Source: Spongospora subterranea f. sp. subterranea
Lineage: Eukaryota
Assembly: GCA_049724395.1 (NCBI GenBank)
Contig: JAUGWO010000021.1
Span: 1 to 64,000 of the forward strand
Length of the DNA: 64,000 nucleotides
Reading direction: 5' to 3'
The notes under the pieces are model-generated. The model had not been told where the DNA came from and made no database searches. It was given only the letters and a program-made list of their open reading frames with translations. The position numbers were made by a program, and so were the translations under genes. Positions 11,005 through 22,915 of this stretch are shown in pieces (position 1 is the stretch's first letter; each line of letters starts with the position of its first letter).

Positions 11005-12667
11005 TCAGAAATGATAGTCCGATTTGCGGAGTTTCAAAAAATTAACGCGGTTTTTAATTTTGTGAGGGTTTTAGTTGCGCGGCCGCACTGCGAATGTTCT
11101 TACCTATTCATAGCTATAAATAGGGCCAATTTCTTCTTGAGGAGGCTGCTCTATGACTTGTCCAAATCTAGGGTTTTGAATGGTTGCGGGAGAACGCCCG
11201 CTGGGGCGCCAATTCCTGGTTATTTTAACTTTGAATCACGCCAGTAGATGCGGAACGAGGAAAGCGACCCAACGCTACTAACAGTGAGCGAAACGGGGTA
11301 CTGCAGGCGTTGTTAAGGCAGTCCAAAGAAAGCACTTTAAAAAGGGGGGCAATAAAGGAAGTTGCTGCGGCTTTTAAACTTTCTACCAAATCGGTGTCCA
11401 GAATTTGGAAAAGAGCAAAAGAATGCTTTAACAACGGTCAAGTTTTCGCTGACGTCAGTTCTAGAATAAAAAGCAGATCGGGTAAAACGAAAATGCGCAG
11501 AGGGGAACTGAAGAGAAAAATCCAACAGGTTCCCTCAAGACAGAGAGGAACTCTAGCAGGACTTTCCAAAGCATCTGGAATTTCAATTTCAACATTGTTT
11601 AACCTTAAATCAGAGGACAATTTGAAGAGAATTTCCAGTACAGATAAGCCAACGCTTACGGAAGAAAACAAGAAACAAAGGCTTCAATTCGCGCTCTCCT
11701 TGCTCTGCCCAAACTCAAACACATTCCAAACCATGTACGATTACGTCCATGTTGATGAAAAATGGTTTTACTTGACCAAAACAAAAGCGAACTACTACCT
11801 TTTGCCCGAGGAAGAGATGCCGCATCGAACGGTCAAGAGTAAGCGTGTCATTGCCAAGGTGATGTTCCTTGCTGCGGTTGCAAGGCCGCGCTATGATCCA
11901 AACCGAAAATGTCAATTTGATGGCAAGATTGGGATTTGGCCGTTTGTCATCAAAGAGCCTGCAAAAAGAGGGTCTCGAAACAGAGCGCGAGGCATGATAG
12001 TTACCAGACCTATTGAGGTCACCAGGGTAGAGTATATTCAAGCGATTACAGAAAAAGTGATCCCGTCTATCAAGGAAAAATGGCCAGTTGGAAGCAAAGA
12101 CATGCATATCAAAATCCAGCAGGATAACGCGCGTCCACACGTCAAGGTGGACGATCCGGTCATGATAGAAGCTGGAACATCTTCAGGTTGGAACATTTCA
12201 TTGTCATGCCAGCCACCCAACAGCCCAGATTTCAATGTTCTGGATCTAGGATTTTTCAATTCCATTCAAGCATTACAGCATCAAACAGCCCCAAAAAACA
12301 TTGACGAGCTCATCGACGCTGTGGAAACTGCTTTCATTGAAACGCCCATCGAAAAACTTGACAATGTTTTTCTTTCTATGCACATGGCAATGGAATCGAC
12401 CATGAAAATAGGTGGCTGTAACCGGTATGCGCTTGCTCACATTGGCAAAAACAAATTACGATTAGCTGGTAACCTGCCAATATCGTTGATTTGCGACCAG
12501 CAAGCGATGGAGAATGCTAAACAATTACTGAATGGCTAGGGCTGCAATGACAAAGAAATGGTCCAACTTGCTGATGTTCAAGCTTTTGTTTCTCCGATAT
12601 GGTATCGGACTATCATATCTGAATAAAAAAATCCGCAAATCGGACTATCATTTCTGAACGGAGGGAG
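11005..12667 (+). mobile_element. Tc1/mariner DD39D (plant-mariner/Stowaway-type) transposon with truncated left TIR
   Basis: Right end TTTCTGAACGGAGGGAG|TA at 12667. The left end keeps only TCAGAAATGATAGTCCGATTTGCGGA (11005-11030). Confidence 0.88.
11310..12539 (+). CDS. DD39D mariner transposase (true start uncertain)
   Basis: HVDEKWF, QQDNARPH and PPNSPDFNVLDLGFF, with 39 residues between the second and third Asp. Confidence 0.92.
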   Translation: MLRQSKESTLKRGAIKEVAAAFKLSTKSVSRIWKRAKECFNNGQVFADVSSRIKSRSGKTKMRRGELKRKIQQVPSRQRGTLAGLSKASGISISTLFNLKSEDNLKRISSTDKPTLTEENKKQRLQFALSLLCPNSNTFQTMYDYVHVDEKWFYLTKTKANYYLLPEEEMPHRTVKSKRVIAKVMFLAAVARPRYDPNRKCQFDGKIGIWPFVIKEPAKRGSRNRARGMIVTRPIEVTRVEYIQAITEKVIPSIKEKWPVGSKDMHIKIQQDNARPHVKVDDPVMIEAGTSSGWNISLSCQPPNSPDFNVLDLGFFNSIQALQHQTAPKNIDELIDAVETAFIETPIEKLDNVFLSMHMAMESTMKIGGCNRYALAHIGKNKLRLAGNLPISLICDQQAMENAKQLLNG

Positions 12668-13699
12668 TAGATGTCTTGCGATTAGACCATTTGTACCGTT
12701 CCATTGCGCGGGCAATGAACATGCGAAAATTATGAGCTTTTGCAACGATTTTGTGGAACTCATTCGAAGCGATTGAACCGATAAAGTGCAACCTTATTAC
12801 GCTTGTAACTTGATCGAGGGTACATGGGCTGCTGTTGTCCCATCTCTCCCGGATGTCCATGAAAAGCTCTTCATTCGAAAATCTCGGCTTGCGCCCCAGT
12901 TTCCGTCAATGCTCACACGATTTGAATCTCGATTGACATACGTTGTCGTGCCTTGCTTGGCGCGTGTTACGAGTTTTTGCACACTGTTGCTGTCGAAATG
13001 AAAAGTCAGTTGAGATAAAGGTGGCGCGCCTGTGACAATTCGTCTATCGAAGACAGTACTGATTTGGGCATGAGTTCCGCAGCGTTGGCGAAAACGACGG
13101 CAAAATGCTTGAGCAGAATCGAATGCACAACGGCCGACCACTTTAACGATGGCAAGAACGGCGCCCACTTGCCCTGCAACGACTTGGATGTGATTTTTTT
13201 CAGTGTGCTGGGTTTTAGGCCAACAGCGCGCGCCGACAGAGAAAAGTTAAATTGGCCAAGCTCTGGATGATAAAAAACCACGTCCATTCTCGGGCTCTGC
13301 GTTTGCCAGGAATGATTGCAGCATGGGCACAGAATGTAGGATCATCCATCCGATCACTCGATGCAGTAGCTACCTCGCACATTGACAAAATATCGTCAAC
13401 AACGCCAATTACAGTATGAAGTTCTACAGAATCTTCGAAAATACCCATCGCAGCCAAGACAACTTGTCGACGAGAAACCTGTGCATGATCATGGTCGACT
13501 CGAATGTTTAACCGTTGCCTCCCCCCTTGATTCGCTGAATGGTCGCGACACCCCATGGTCTGGATGTTTGCCTGAGCGAACTGTTTCGGCGTCTTGTGAA
13601 CAATAGGATGAGTTGATTTTTGACGAGTATTCTGAGTAGGTTTAATGTCCCAAGCGAACGTTGCTTGAACTAGTTTCGGCTGGGGGCAAATGATTTGCT

Positions 13700-14248
13700 C
13701 GCCAATTTGTTATCGTTTTGTTCAACTAATGGTTGCTTGCAGGCTCGAACGGGTTCAGCCATGCTTGCGTCAACATGATTGGCATTCGAAAGAGATTGAG
13801 ACCATGGAACAGAAGCTCCAGTGACCAGTTGAGGACAAAAGTGATTAAGATTGCTCACGGTAAATATATGCAACCTCGGGACAACCTCCTCTGGGCAATC
13901 AGGATCACCTAATATATCAACAGTCAGCACATTAATTAACCCAGCCAAAACAGCATTGGATGCAACCGGTTGGTTTTTTAGAATGTCGTAAACTGTTGAA
14001 TTTACGGCGCAAAGACTCCATGTCTCGCAACTCGAAACCTGTCGGGAGGTGTGTGTTGTAACTAGACTGGAGGTCTTCCCATTGTAATGTCCCGGCGGAA
14101 GTAGTTCTTCAATTAGAGAGAGCAAGCCTAATACAAATTGATCGAATGTTACAACCAGGTAATGTCAAGTTCTCTTACGGTCCAACTCTGGGGCGATGAA
14201 CAATTTTCCACGTCGTTTGCCTGTTGACCCGACTTTCTTTGCAGACAT
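13700..14248 (-). pseudogene. Spliced DUF6818-like (Myb/trihelix-like, transposon-associated) gene with a frameshift
   Basis: ATG 14248 and introns 14178-14128 and 13966-13909 give MSAKKVGSTGKRRGKLFIAPELDRLLSLIEELLPPG/QWEDLQSSYN...RDMESLRRKFNSLRHSKKPTGDPDCPEEV; one-base shift after PPG. 3-prime end uncertain. Confidence 0.7.
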
Positions 14249-14290
14249 GTTAATGATGTGGTGAGAAGGCTAACTGTCGCTTTTTGACAA

Positions 14291-15028
14291 AGCCCGCCAA
14301 ATTCATCATACCGTTTATACCGAAGGGCGCTAAAATCATCGACCCGAAGCACGCCAAAATCATCATACCGTTTATACCGAAGGTCGCTAAAATCATCGAC
14401 CCGAAGCCCGCCAAAATCATCAAACCGAAGGTCGCTAAAATCATCGCCCCGAAGCCCGCCAAAATCATCATACCGAAGGTCGCTAAAATCATCGACCCGA
14501 AGCCCGCCAAAATCATCATACCGAAGGTCGCTAAAATCATCGACCCGAAGCCCGCCAAAATGATCATACCGAAGGCCGCTAAAATCATCGACTCGAAGCC
14601 CGCCAAAATCATCATACCGAAGGTCGCTAAAATCATCGACCCGAAGCCCCCCAAAATCATCATACCGAAGGTCGCTAAAATCATCGACCCGAAGCCCCCC
14701 AAAATCATCATACCGAAGGTCGCTAAAATCATCGACCCGAAGCCCCCCAAAATCATCATACCGAAGGTCGCTAAAATCATCGACCCGAAGCCCCCCAAAA
14801 TCATCATACCGAAGGTCGCTAAAATCATCGACCCGAAGCCCCCCAAAATCATCATACCGAAGGTCGCTAAAATCATCGACCCGAAGCCCCCCAAAATCAT
14901 CATACCGAAGGTCGCTAAAATCATCGACCCGAAGCCCCCCAAAATCATCATACCGAAGGTCGCTAAAATCATCGACCCGAAGCCCCCCAAAATCGTCATA
15001 CCGAAGGTCGGTAAAATTCATCGACACC
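14291..15028. repeat. Minisatellite of about 15 x 48 bp (two related 24-mers)
   Basis: Unit AAAATCATCATACCGAAGGTCGCT-AAAATCATCGACCCGAAGCCC(C/G)CC; the two leftmost units are 57 bp because of a 9-bp insert. Confidence 0.97.
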
Positions 15029-15169
15029 CGCCGGACGCAATGGTAAATCGAGGGAGAACTGTGTACATATTGATGCAACTCCGAGGTTGTCAGGCGGCGC
15101 AAGTTTTGGCGCAAAACTTGACAATGTATTCATCAAACTCCGTGCGAGTCACCGTGTATTGGGGTAATT

Positions 15170-15500
15170 TACGGATAACTTCACTATGCCGTCTTCTAGA
15201 AAAAAGGTTTTAAAGTGTCTTTTGGCAATGACAAAGACGCCATGACCAAGTTCATGGAGCTGGGATCAGCATACAAAGTCCAAAACGGCGTTATTGAAGT
15301 CAAGTTTGGTACCGATTTGCGGTTTACAGATACTGTCATAGCGAAAGTAAGTTTGTGTGCTTGTATATCTACATAGTCCTGATCGGTATTATTGTGTAGC
15401 CTTCAATGGTTCAATACATTACGATGTACAGAGACTTGGTCAATAAGACCGTACTCATAATATCGTTTGTAAAGAATGGTTGATATGATCAACACACTGA
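15170..15500 (+). pseudogene. Small MULE-like transposase relic
   Basis: FGNDKDAMTKFMELGSAYKVQNGV resembles the relics at about 800-860 (minus) and about 58290 (plus). Confidence 0.45.
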
Positions 15501-15570
15501 TACACGTTCTGGGTCAATAAGCGGACCGAGTGAAATCTGCCTAAAGAGCAGCCGTTTTATACAATGCAGT

Positions 15571-18500
15571 TCAAGGCCACTGTTTTCGAAAAAGGTCAAC
15601 AATTGTGGCGGCGATAGGTGTATTGTTTGCCCTCTTCATTCTCATAGCCAACTCCAGCGCTGTCTCGCCAAAAGCCGTGATGGTGCGGCAGGCACCTTTT
15701 TCCAAAAGAACCCGAACCACATCGACCCTGGATTCAGTCAGATTAGTCACCTAATCAAAGGTGGTTGATTAGGCGTAATTTGCCCAACCGCTGTTGCGAA
15801 ACTGCCAAATGTAGAGCAGTTTTGCCATACTTGTTTTGGATGTTGAATAGTTGTTTGTCCCACGTTCCACAGAAAATGTCTTGCAGTTTCCTGTGAAATC
15901 AATTCAGCGATTTCGATGTTTTAGACACATATGTGTGAACATGGACAGGTCGCAAAGACTCAGCAATCCACCAAATAACCCAAGCTGTCCCGTCATCTTA
16001 TCCTGCCACACTTGACGAAGAGCTTTTGCTTCAATTATATCGATTACGATCTGCTCACTTCTGTAAGATATAAATCAGATTATTTGACAATATATATGAA
16101 ACTCGATCAGTGTACAGGTTATGCTCTACTGCAAGATGCAGAACTGTATTTTTGAAATGGTTAAGAGCCTTGGGATTGGCGCCTCTATCCAACAGATCCT
16201 TGATAACGTTTTCCCTAACAAATCATTTTATTTAGATGATGATCAATGTCAAATACAAATTTCGACCAACCGATTACATATAACAGCTTTATGGAGAAGA
16301 GTGTCTCCATCATTATTGTGGTGGTTAATGTCCATGTTTTCGATGGTTGAAATAATGAATTCGTCTGTCCTGTGAGCACTTCAAATCATGTATGAATGTT
16401 TGATAAAGATTGAGCAATTTACATGAACCCAGGCATATCGAAATGCAAGGGTGTGTTCCCATCGTTATCCGCTAAGTGCGGGTCAGCACCTCTTTCAAAC
16501 AACAGTTGGGCGATTTGGTGACTGCGACAAAATCCCATTATTGACGATTCAGATCCAGACAGTAAACTTTGCCAACCGCGAAAAACGGAACGCTAATAAG
16601 AGACCAGTTTCGCCCTGATGGTTCCTCAGATTGATTATTTCGCATGCGCCAATCTGTCTGTGTGATGAATTCACTGAATTGAATGTGCTAGATCCACATT
16701 TGAGGGGATAACGATCATCATGATTCACTTCTCCATTCAAAAACACAGAAATTTGCGTGATTCCAATCTGACCCAGATTATGGGCCGCTTTGCGTCCCGC
16801 ATCAAGTATATGAATGAGTATCTGCTTATTTCTGTAACATTCCAATCAGATACAATAATATTAGCAAATTAAACAGCATACACGTGACTGTGTACTGCAC
16901 GATGCAGTGCTGTATTTCCAGAATTGTCAGCAATAGTCGGATTGGCGCCTTTATCCAACAGATACTTGACCACCACTTCCCTAACAAATCAGTTGTATTG
17001 AAGGGCGGCTCAGTGTCCAACACAAATCACGCCCAACCGACAAAGCCTAATGGCAAGATGGAGAATTGTGGATCCATCAATGTATCGGTGATTGACATCA
17101 ACGTTTTGTATCATTGAGATGAAGATTTCGTCGGTCCTGTCATCACTTTAGGGAATATATGAAAAAAAAATGTGATGTTTCAACGATTTACATGGTTGTG
17201 TCGTGAAATGGCCATAGTTGATCTCTATCTGTTATGGTGGGATCGGCACCATTCTCCAACAGAATTTTGGCGATACCAGCACTGTTGATAACAAAAAGGA
17301 GAATGATTTGATGAATCCTAAACAGTAAATTTGACTAACTTATGAAAATAAGCAGCAACAAAAAGAGCAGTTCGCCCGGTCTGCTCCCGCACATTCATTA
17401 TTCCATCGCAATACAGATTGAGTACTTCAATAACGACGTCTTTGTTTCTGTGAGATCAAAATCAGCGACTTAAATGTGCTGAATTAACATTGAAGCAATA
17501 TACAGGCCACGGTCAATCAATGTGTGAATTATACTCGAATAGAAGCGTTCCGTCATGCCACTTTGGAGCAGAAGGTGAGATGGTTTTGACCTCCCCGCAT
17601 GAATGATATGAATGATGATCTGCTGACTTCTGTGAACTTCCATCAATATCTAGGGTATTGAAAAATCAGTGCAGTATACAGGCCATTGTCAATTGCGAAG
17701 TGCAGTGCAGTCATGCCTTGGCGATCAGCAATAATGGGATTGGCCCCTCTATCCAAAAGATCCTTGACCAAAACCTCCCTAAATTGCCAATTATCTTGTG
17801 GCGCTGATCTATGTCAAAGAACAAAATTACGACCAACCGTTTACAAATAATAGCAGTGCGCAGGATTGTTCCCCGTAGTTGTTCCGGTCGTTGACACTCA
17901 TACGTTGTATGCATGAGAGAATGATTTCGTCTGTCCTATGAGCACAGCTGTAAAACCTTTAATGATTCGTGAGATTTGGTGTGTTTACAATTCAGAAGGC
18001 ATATTGATATGAAATGGCGTGTTGCCGTTATTATCCTTTATAGAGGGATCGGCCCCTCTGTCCAACAGATCCTTGACCACAACTCCCCTGAGTAACCAGT
18101 TTCCTGAGGCGCTGAACTGTCTCAAAGAACAAATTACGACCAACCGTTCATACTTTACAGCCGTATGGAGCAGTGTGGACCCTTTGTTGTTCCGGAGGTT
18201 GACATTCATATGTTGTATGCATGAGAGAATGATTTCGTCTGTGCTGTGAGCAGATCAGCCAAACTTTGCTGATTGGTGAGATTTGGTGTGTTTACAATTG
18301 AGACAACATGTTGATATGAAATGGGGTGTTTCCGTTATCATCCGTCAAAGAGGGATCCGCCCCTTTGTCCAACAGATCCTTGACCACAACTCCTCTGAAT
18401 AATCAGCTTTCTGAGCCGCTGAACTGTATGAAAGAACAAAGTTACCGTTCAGACTCTATAGCCTTATGAAGCAGTGTGGACCCTTTGTCGTTCCGGTGGT

Positions 18501-19953
18501 TGACATTCATATGTTGTATGCATGAGAGAATGATTTCGTCTGTCCTGTGAGCACATTAGTTCCAAGTTTGATATTTTGGTGAGATGTGGGCGATATACAA
18601 TGCAGATGGCATTTTAATGTGAAATGGGGTGTTCCCATCATTGTCCATTATAGATGGATCGGCCCCTTTGGTCCAACAGAATTCGGACTATATGAAAACT
18701 AAAGAAAAGGCATCTCAAATTTTCATGCGCAAATAAGAAATAAACAGAAGATTTGACCAACCGATTAAAAATAACTGCCTTTACGAGAGCAGTATTCCCA
18801 AAATCGTTCCTGAGATTGATTATATCCGATGTCGCCACATGATGGGCACATGGATTCCTGTGAGTTCAAATCAGCGACTTCAATCATTTCGACCGACCGG
18901 TTAGCACTATACAGGTCATTATGAATTACTTTGCCACTTAAACACACAGAAGGTTCCGTCATCCCATTCGGGTCCAAAATATCGACTGTCCTTCGCCTCG
19001 CCGCATCAATCATTTCTAAAATGATCTCTTCACTCCTGTGAGATCTCAATCAGATGTGTTCGATATACAAATAAACAGATTAGAGCAGTTTACAGGTTAT
19101 TCTTTACTGCAAGGTGCAATGGCGTATTCCCATGTGTGTTAGCAATGATGGGATTGGCCCCTTTTTCCAACAGCCTCTTGACAATCACGTTCCTATAATC
19201 CGGTTGAAATTATTGACAGGACATCAAAATCAAACAGTATATTCGACCAACCGAATATAATGAACTGCCATGTGGAGTGGGGTATCACCAGCCGAGTTCT
19301 TGAGATCAATAACTTGTGGTTTCAACATTTTGATCGTGTCCAAGATCTTAATGACGGCGATATTTCTATAGACGTCTGAGATAAGATGTGATACCATGTG
19401 ATGAGGAATATAATACAGGCCCCGAAAAGCGGCGATGTGCAATGGAGTATTCCCATATTGATCCGTTAACAATAGATTGGCCCCTCTGTCTATTATAATG
19501 ATAGCGACATTTTCCCTATTGAAGTTAAAAGACCTGGAAAACAGAGCCCTTGTCACCTTTAGTTTACCGGTTGCATAAAAGCGCCATATTCATAGTGGTG
19601 GTGCGACGCGTCAATGACCTATCCTGTGATGTTTTTTATTAGTTTAATATTGTATCAGTCCCATATAATGTTCAAACCATTCCGTTCCAATGTCCCCACA
19701 TATCATCGCTGAGTGGAACAGTATAGGGGCGATTAATGAACTCCTCCTCAATCTCATAAGCCAATTTCTCAGCTAATTCATCTCTAGATGATCCGATTAG
19801 TCATTTACAGCATAACTCAACATAATTACTGGATATGGACCCGTTTTTTAATGCAGTATGTAAGACATCTTGCGATGTTTGGACAATCATTGCGACACTA
19901 GACCTCAAAATCATTAGCATAAAAACAATCTCTGAAATACCTGTTCCTGTCAT
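15571..19953 (-). CDS. Secreted ankyrin-repeat protein A (roughly 28 exons; at least one apparent frameshift near 18670)
   Basis: N-terminus MTGTGISEIVFMLMILRSSVAM is hydrophobic and signal-peptide-like. Repeated exons encode RGANLLLTDQYGNTPLHIAA, DRGADPSIKDNNGNTPFH, NNKGSTLLHTAV. Last exon VDVVRVLLEKGACRTITAFGETALELAM ends at TGA 15571. Introns about 55 bp. Exon count approximate. Confidence 0.85.
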
Positions 19954-20399
19954 AATGATATCACAATAATGACCAATTACTTTTATAATGATTGTGATAT
20001 AGATCACCAGACTGTGATATAATTATCGGGTCTGTCACTTCGATTACGGGTACAGACGAGGTTGTGTCACACACATTTCTGTGCATTTCTTCAAGTGAAC
20101 TTTGCAACTGTTCCACACTGTTCTAATGAAATATACTAGAAAGCAGCCTGAGAGTAAGGTCAAGGTCAAGTGGGTTTACTTGAGGGTCTGGAGACTCGTT
20201 ATCAACACGTGGAAGAATAGCCTGCCAATTCTTACAAACTAAGTTACTGACGGACCCTTCGCTAGGACAGAAACGCTTAGCTCTCAGGTTCTCCCAGTCT
20301 GCTGGTTTTCAATTGAACACATCAATAGCGGAACTTCAGCCTTCCTAAGGTCACCAACCCCTACCTCTTCAGCCAAAAATATAACGGCCAAATCACGAC

Positions 20400-21200
20400 A
20401 GTGCTCTTTGAAGACCAGGGTGCTGAAGCCATTGAATGTACACATATTGTCTTCATGGCAGCGAATACAATGTTACACAATGAATGAATACATTTTACAA
20501 ATCAAACATTTGATTTTGTGCAAATCGTTTTTTCTTAACGCGTGAAGAATGCAGTATCAGGGGCAATTATTTACATTTATGGTGTAAATAACTGCATCGC
20601 ATTTGCCGCCATGAAATCAATGATATTGTCGTCTGAGCTGCGATACCTCCGCCAGAACAGCTGCGTCATAGACGCATAAAGTTCCATTCGGGACAAGTCC
20701 AGACGCAAGGAGATTGCGGTGCGGTTTCGCGCCTTCTGGTGTGATACAATCTATACCGTGTTTCTAGAATTTGACCAACAAAAGGTTCATATTCACAACC
20801 GGGAACCATATCTCGAATGTTGAGACCTTGCCGAGTTTTTCATGTCAAACCCGTTCACGGTGCAGTTTTCCGTTGCCATCTCTTGGAAAGGTTTTGTAAA
20901 CTCAGACCAATCACCGGTAAAGGGTACAATTGCCAGAATGGCATTTAAGGGTTCCGTGAGCTGGGGCGCGTTTCCCGAACGAGAGGTATCAGGTATCGGC
21001 TGCACAAACGACGCATGTTTCTGCGTCATAGACGGGTGGAGCTTTTGAAACAGCAGCTGCGTCATGTACGGGTAAAGTTTCAGGGACAATCGGCAGTTTA
21101 GGAACGAGATTCGAAGAATCCGAACATTTCAACAGTTGATTTAAAGAGATAGGAATTTTCCGTCGTCTCGTGAGGGTAACCAACTGACCATAGAGGAGCG
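20400..21200 (-). pseudogene. Possible decayed MULE/FAR1-like N-terminal region
   Basis: CTVNGFDMKNS...GKCDAVIY pattern reminiscent of FAR1 domains; multiple stops. Confidence 0.3.
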
Positions 21201-21394
21201 CAACCTGACAACTACCTAGGTACCGTAAACCCCGGAGAGCTAGCCCCCCTCAATGTACATACGCGGCCTCTCTTTTGTATAAGGGGGGGCCAGCTATACG
21301 GGAACTTCAACCACACTTGTTTTGGCGCCAAATTTAATGCGGGCGTTACTACCCTCTGCTCATTGTGATTCCAACGGTACCATTATTTACCAAA

Positions 21395-22529
21395 ATGAAG
21401 CGCTACTTCCCATGGAAGATCAAGGAACACATTATCAGCGAGGCGTATTCCAGAGAAGGTCTTATAAAGTCAACTGCCAGGAAGTACAATGTCTTCGCCA
21501 GCACAGATACGTCGATGGCGAAATCAAAAGGCTTGTCTGACAACCGACATCCAAGATATTTCCCACCTCAAGACTCTTAACAATGGGCGTACTCCAACAA
21601 ACGTTGAATGCTATACTCAGTTGAATACTTTTATGACAGACCTACGAGAACGAGATCGTTTGATAACGGTTGGAATGTTATGTCGCGAACTGAAAAGGTT
21701 ATCACCTGATGACCCTGCCACTATGGACGTTCTTCGAAAGCGAATATATAGATTTTTGGCTAAAGAAAAGTTTGTCCAACGTCGTGCCACACATGTTGCG
21801 CAAAATACCCGATACAGGCAAGACCACATCAACCAATTTGTTGATTACGTCAAAGAGCAAGTAAAACGGTCGAAACTTGATCCGGATTGTGTCGTTAATA
21901 TTGACGAAACTAATGTGGATTTTGATTTGAATGGGAATGTTACTTTAGCTCCCAAAGGTTCTCGAACAGTGAGCGTACGAACGACAGGTTCTTCACAGCG
22001 TGTCACTGCGTTGCTCGGCGTGACGATGTCCGGTATCAAGCTCAAAGCCATTTCTAATTTTCAAGGCAAACCTGGCGCACGAATAATGAGAGAGTTCACG
22101 CAAATGAACTATCCCTCATCCATCGTCTGCACTGTTCAAGAGAGCGCCTGGATTGACCAGAGCACATTCTCGCAATGGATTGACAAAATTTGGAAACCGT
22201 TTTGTGAAAACAAAAAATCGACTTATCTGATCATGGACCAGTGCAAGGTACACTTGATGAATTCTGTAGTGACCCAACTCCAATCCTGTGGGACGGATGT
22301 TGAATTCATTTTGGCTGGGTACACAGCAAGGTTACAAGTCTTGGATGTTGGTGTAAACAAACCATTCAAAGACTATTTAAGGAACGAGTACGAGGTTTTC
22401 ATGTTGAACAATAGCGAAAACAAGGCCCCCAGCAGACTACATGTGTCAAATTGGATTGCACGAGCATTGGAATGTATCACTATGTCGACCATTGTAAACA
22501 CTTGGAAAGGTATAGGATTTCAAGAATAA
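21395..22529 (+). CDS. pogo DD35D transposase (Brinker-like HTH, CENP-B HTH, DDE_1); one frameshift near 21495
   Basis: MKRYFPWKIK...STARKYNV/SPAQIRRW; NIDET, IMDQCKVH, LQVLDVGVNKPFK, with 35 residues between the second and third Asp. Confidence 0.9.
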
Positions 22530-22534
22530 ATTTA

Positions 22535-22915
22535 TTATTCGTTTAGAGGTATTAAATCCAGTAAACGAAAGGACGCCATTCCTTTGTTGCGATGGCTTTT
22601 GTTTCGCTTGGCGACGTTGTCAGACTCGTTATACAATTGCAAAATTTGTGCAAATTTGTCTTCATAGTCGTCTTTCGATCTTGCCACGATGTTTCTTGGT
22701 AAGAAACCAACTCGGCAGCTCTGGACGCCGTCGCGGATTCGATAGCATGCCACACCGTTTTCAACGGTTCCTTCTGAAGTGCAAAGTATGGTATGCTTAA
22801 AGAGAACAAGCATTTCTGATTCTAAATATTCACCACACACTCTGTGTGACTCACAAGAACGCCCATTGGAAGCGTCATGCAGCCCAACGATTTCCCCATC
22901 GCCAACATCAGTCAT
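22535..22915 (-). CDS. 126-aa accessory protein inside the pogo TIRs, HIRAN-like with a C-x2-H-x2-C motif
   Basis: Intact ATG-to-TAA ORF: GEIVGL...GRSCESHRVCGEYL...ENGVACYRIRDGVQSCRVGFLPRNIVA. The fold call rests on motif resemblance only. Confidence 0.75.
   Translation of the reverse strand: MTDVGDGEIVGLHDASNGRSCESHRVCGEYLESEMLVLFKHTILCTSEGTVENGVACYRIRDGVQSCRVGFLPRNIVARSKDDYEDKFAQILQLYNESDNVAKRNKSHRNKGMASFRLLDLIPLNE

Noticed and set aside
14291..15028. CRISPR-like array
   Set aside because: Units are contiguous tandem copies with no unique spacers, the context is eukaryotic, and no cas genes are present.
14149..15213. The three long repeat ORFs (321, 249, 309 aa) as real genes
   Set aside because: A stop-free 48-bp unit automatically opens several frames on both strands; there is no independent coding evidence.
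20150..20400. Second SINE-like insert with AAGGTC repeats
   Set aside because: Only about two and a half repeat units, and I found no TSD or second copy.
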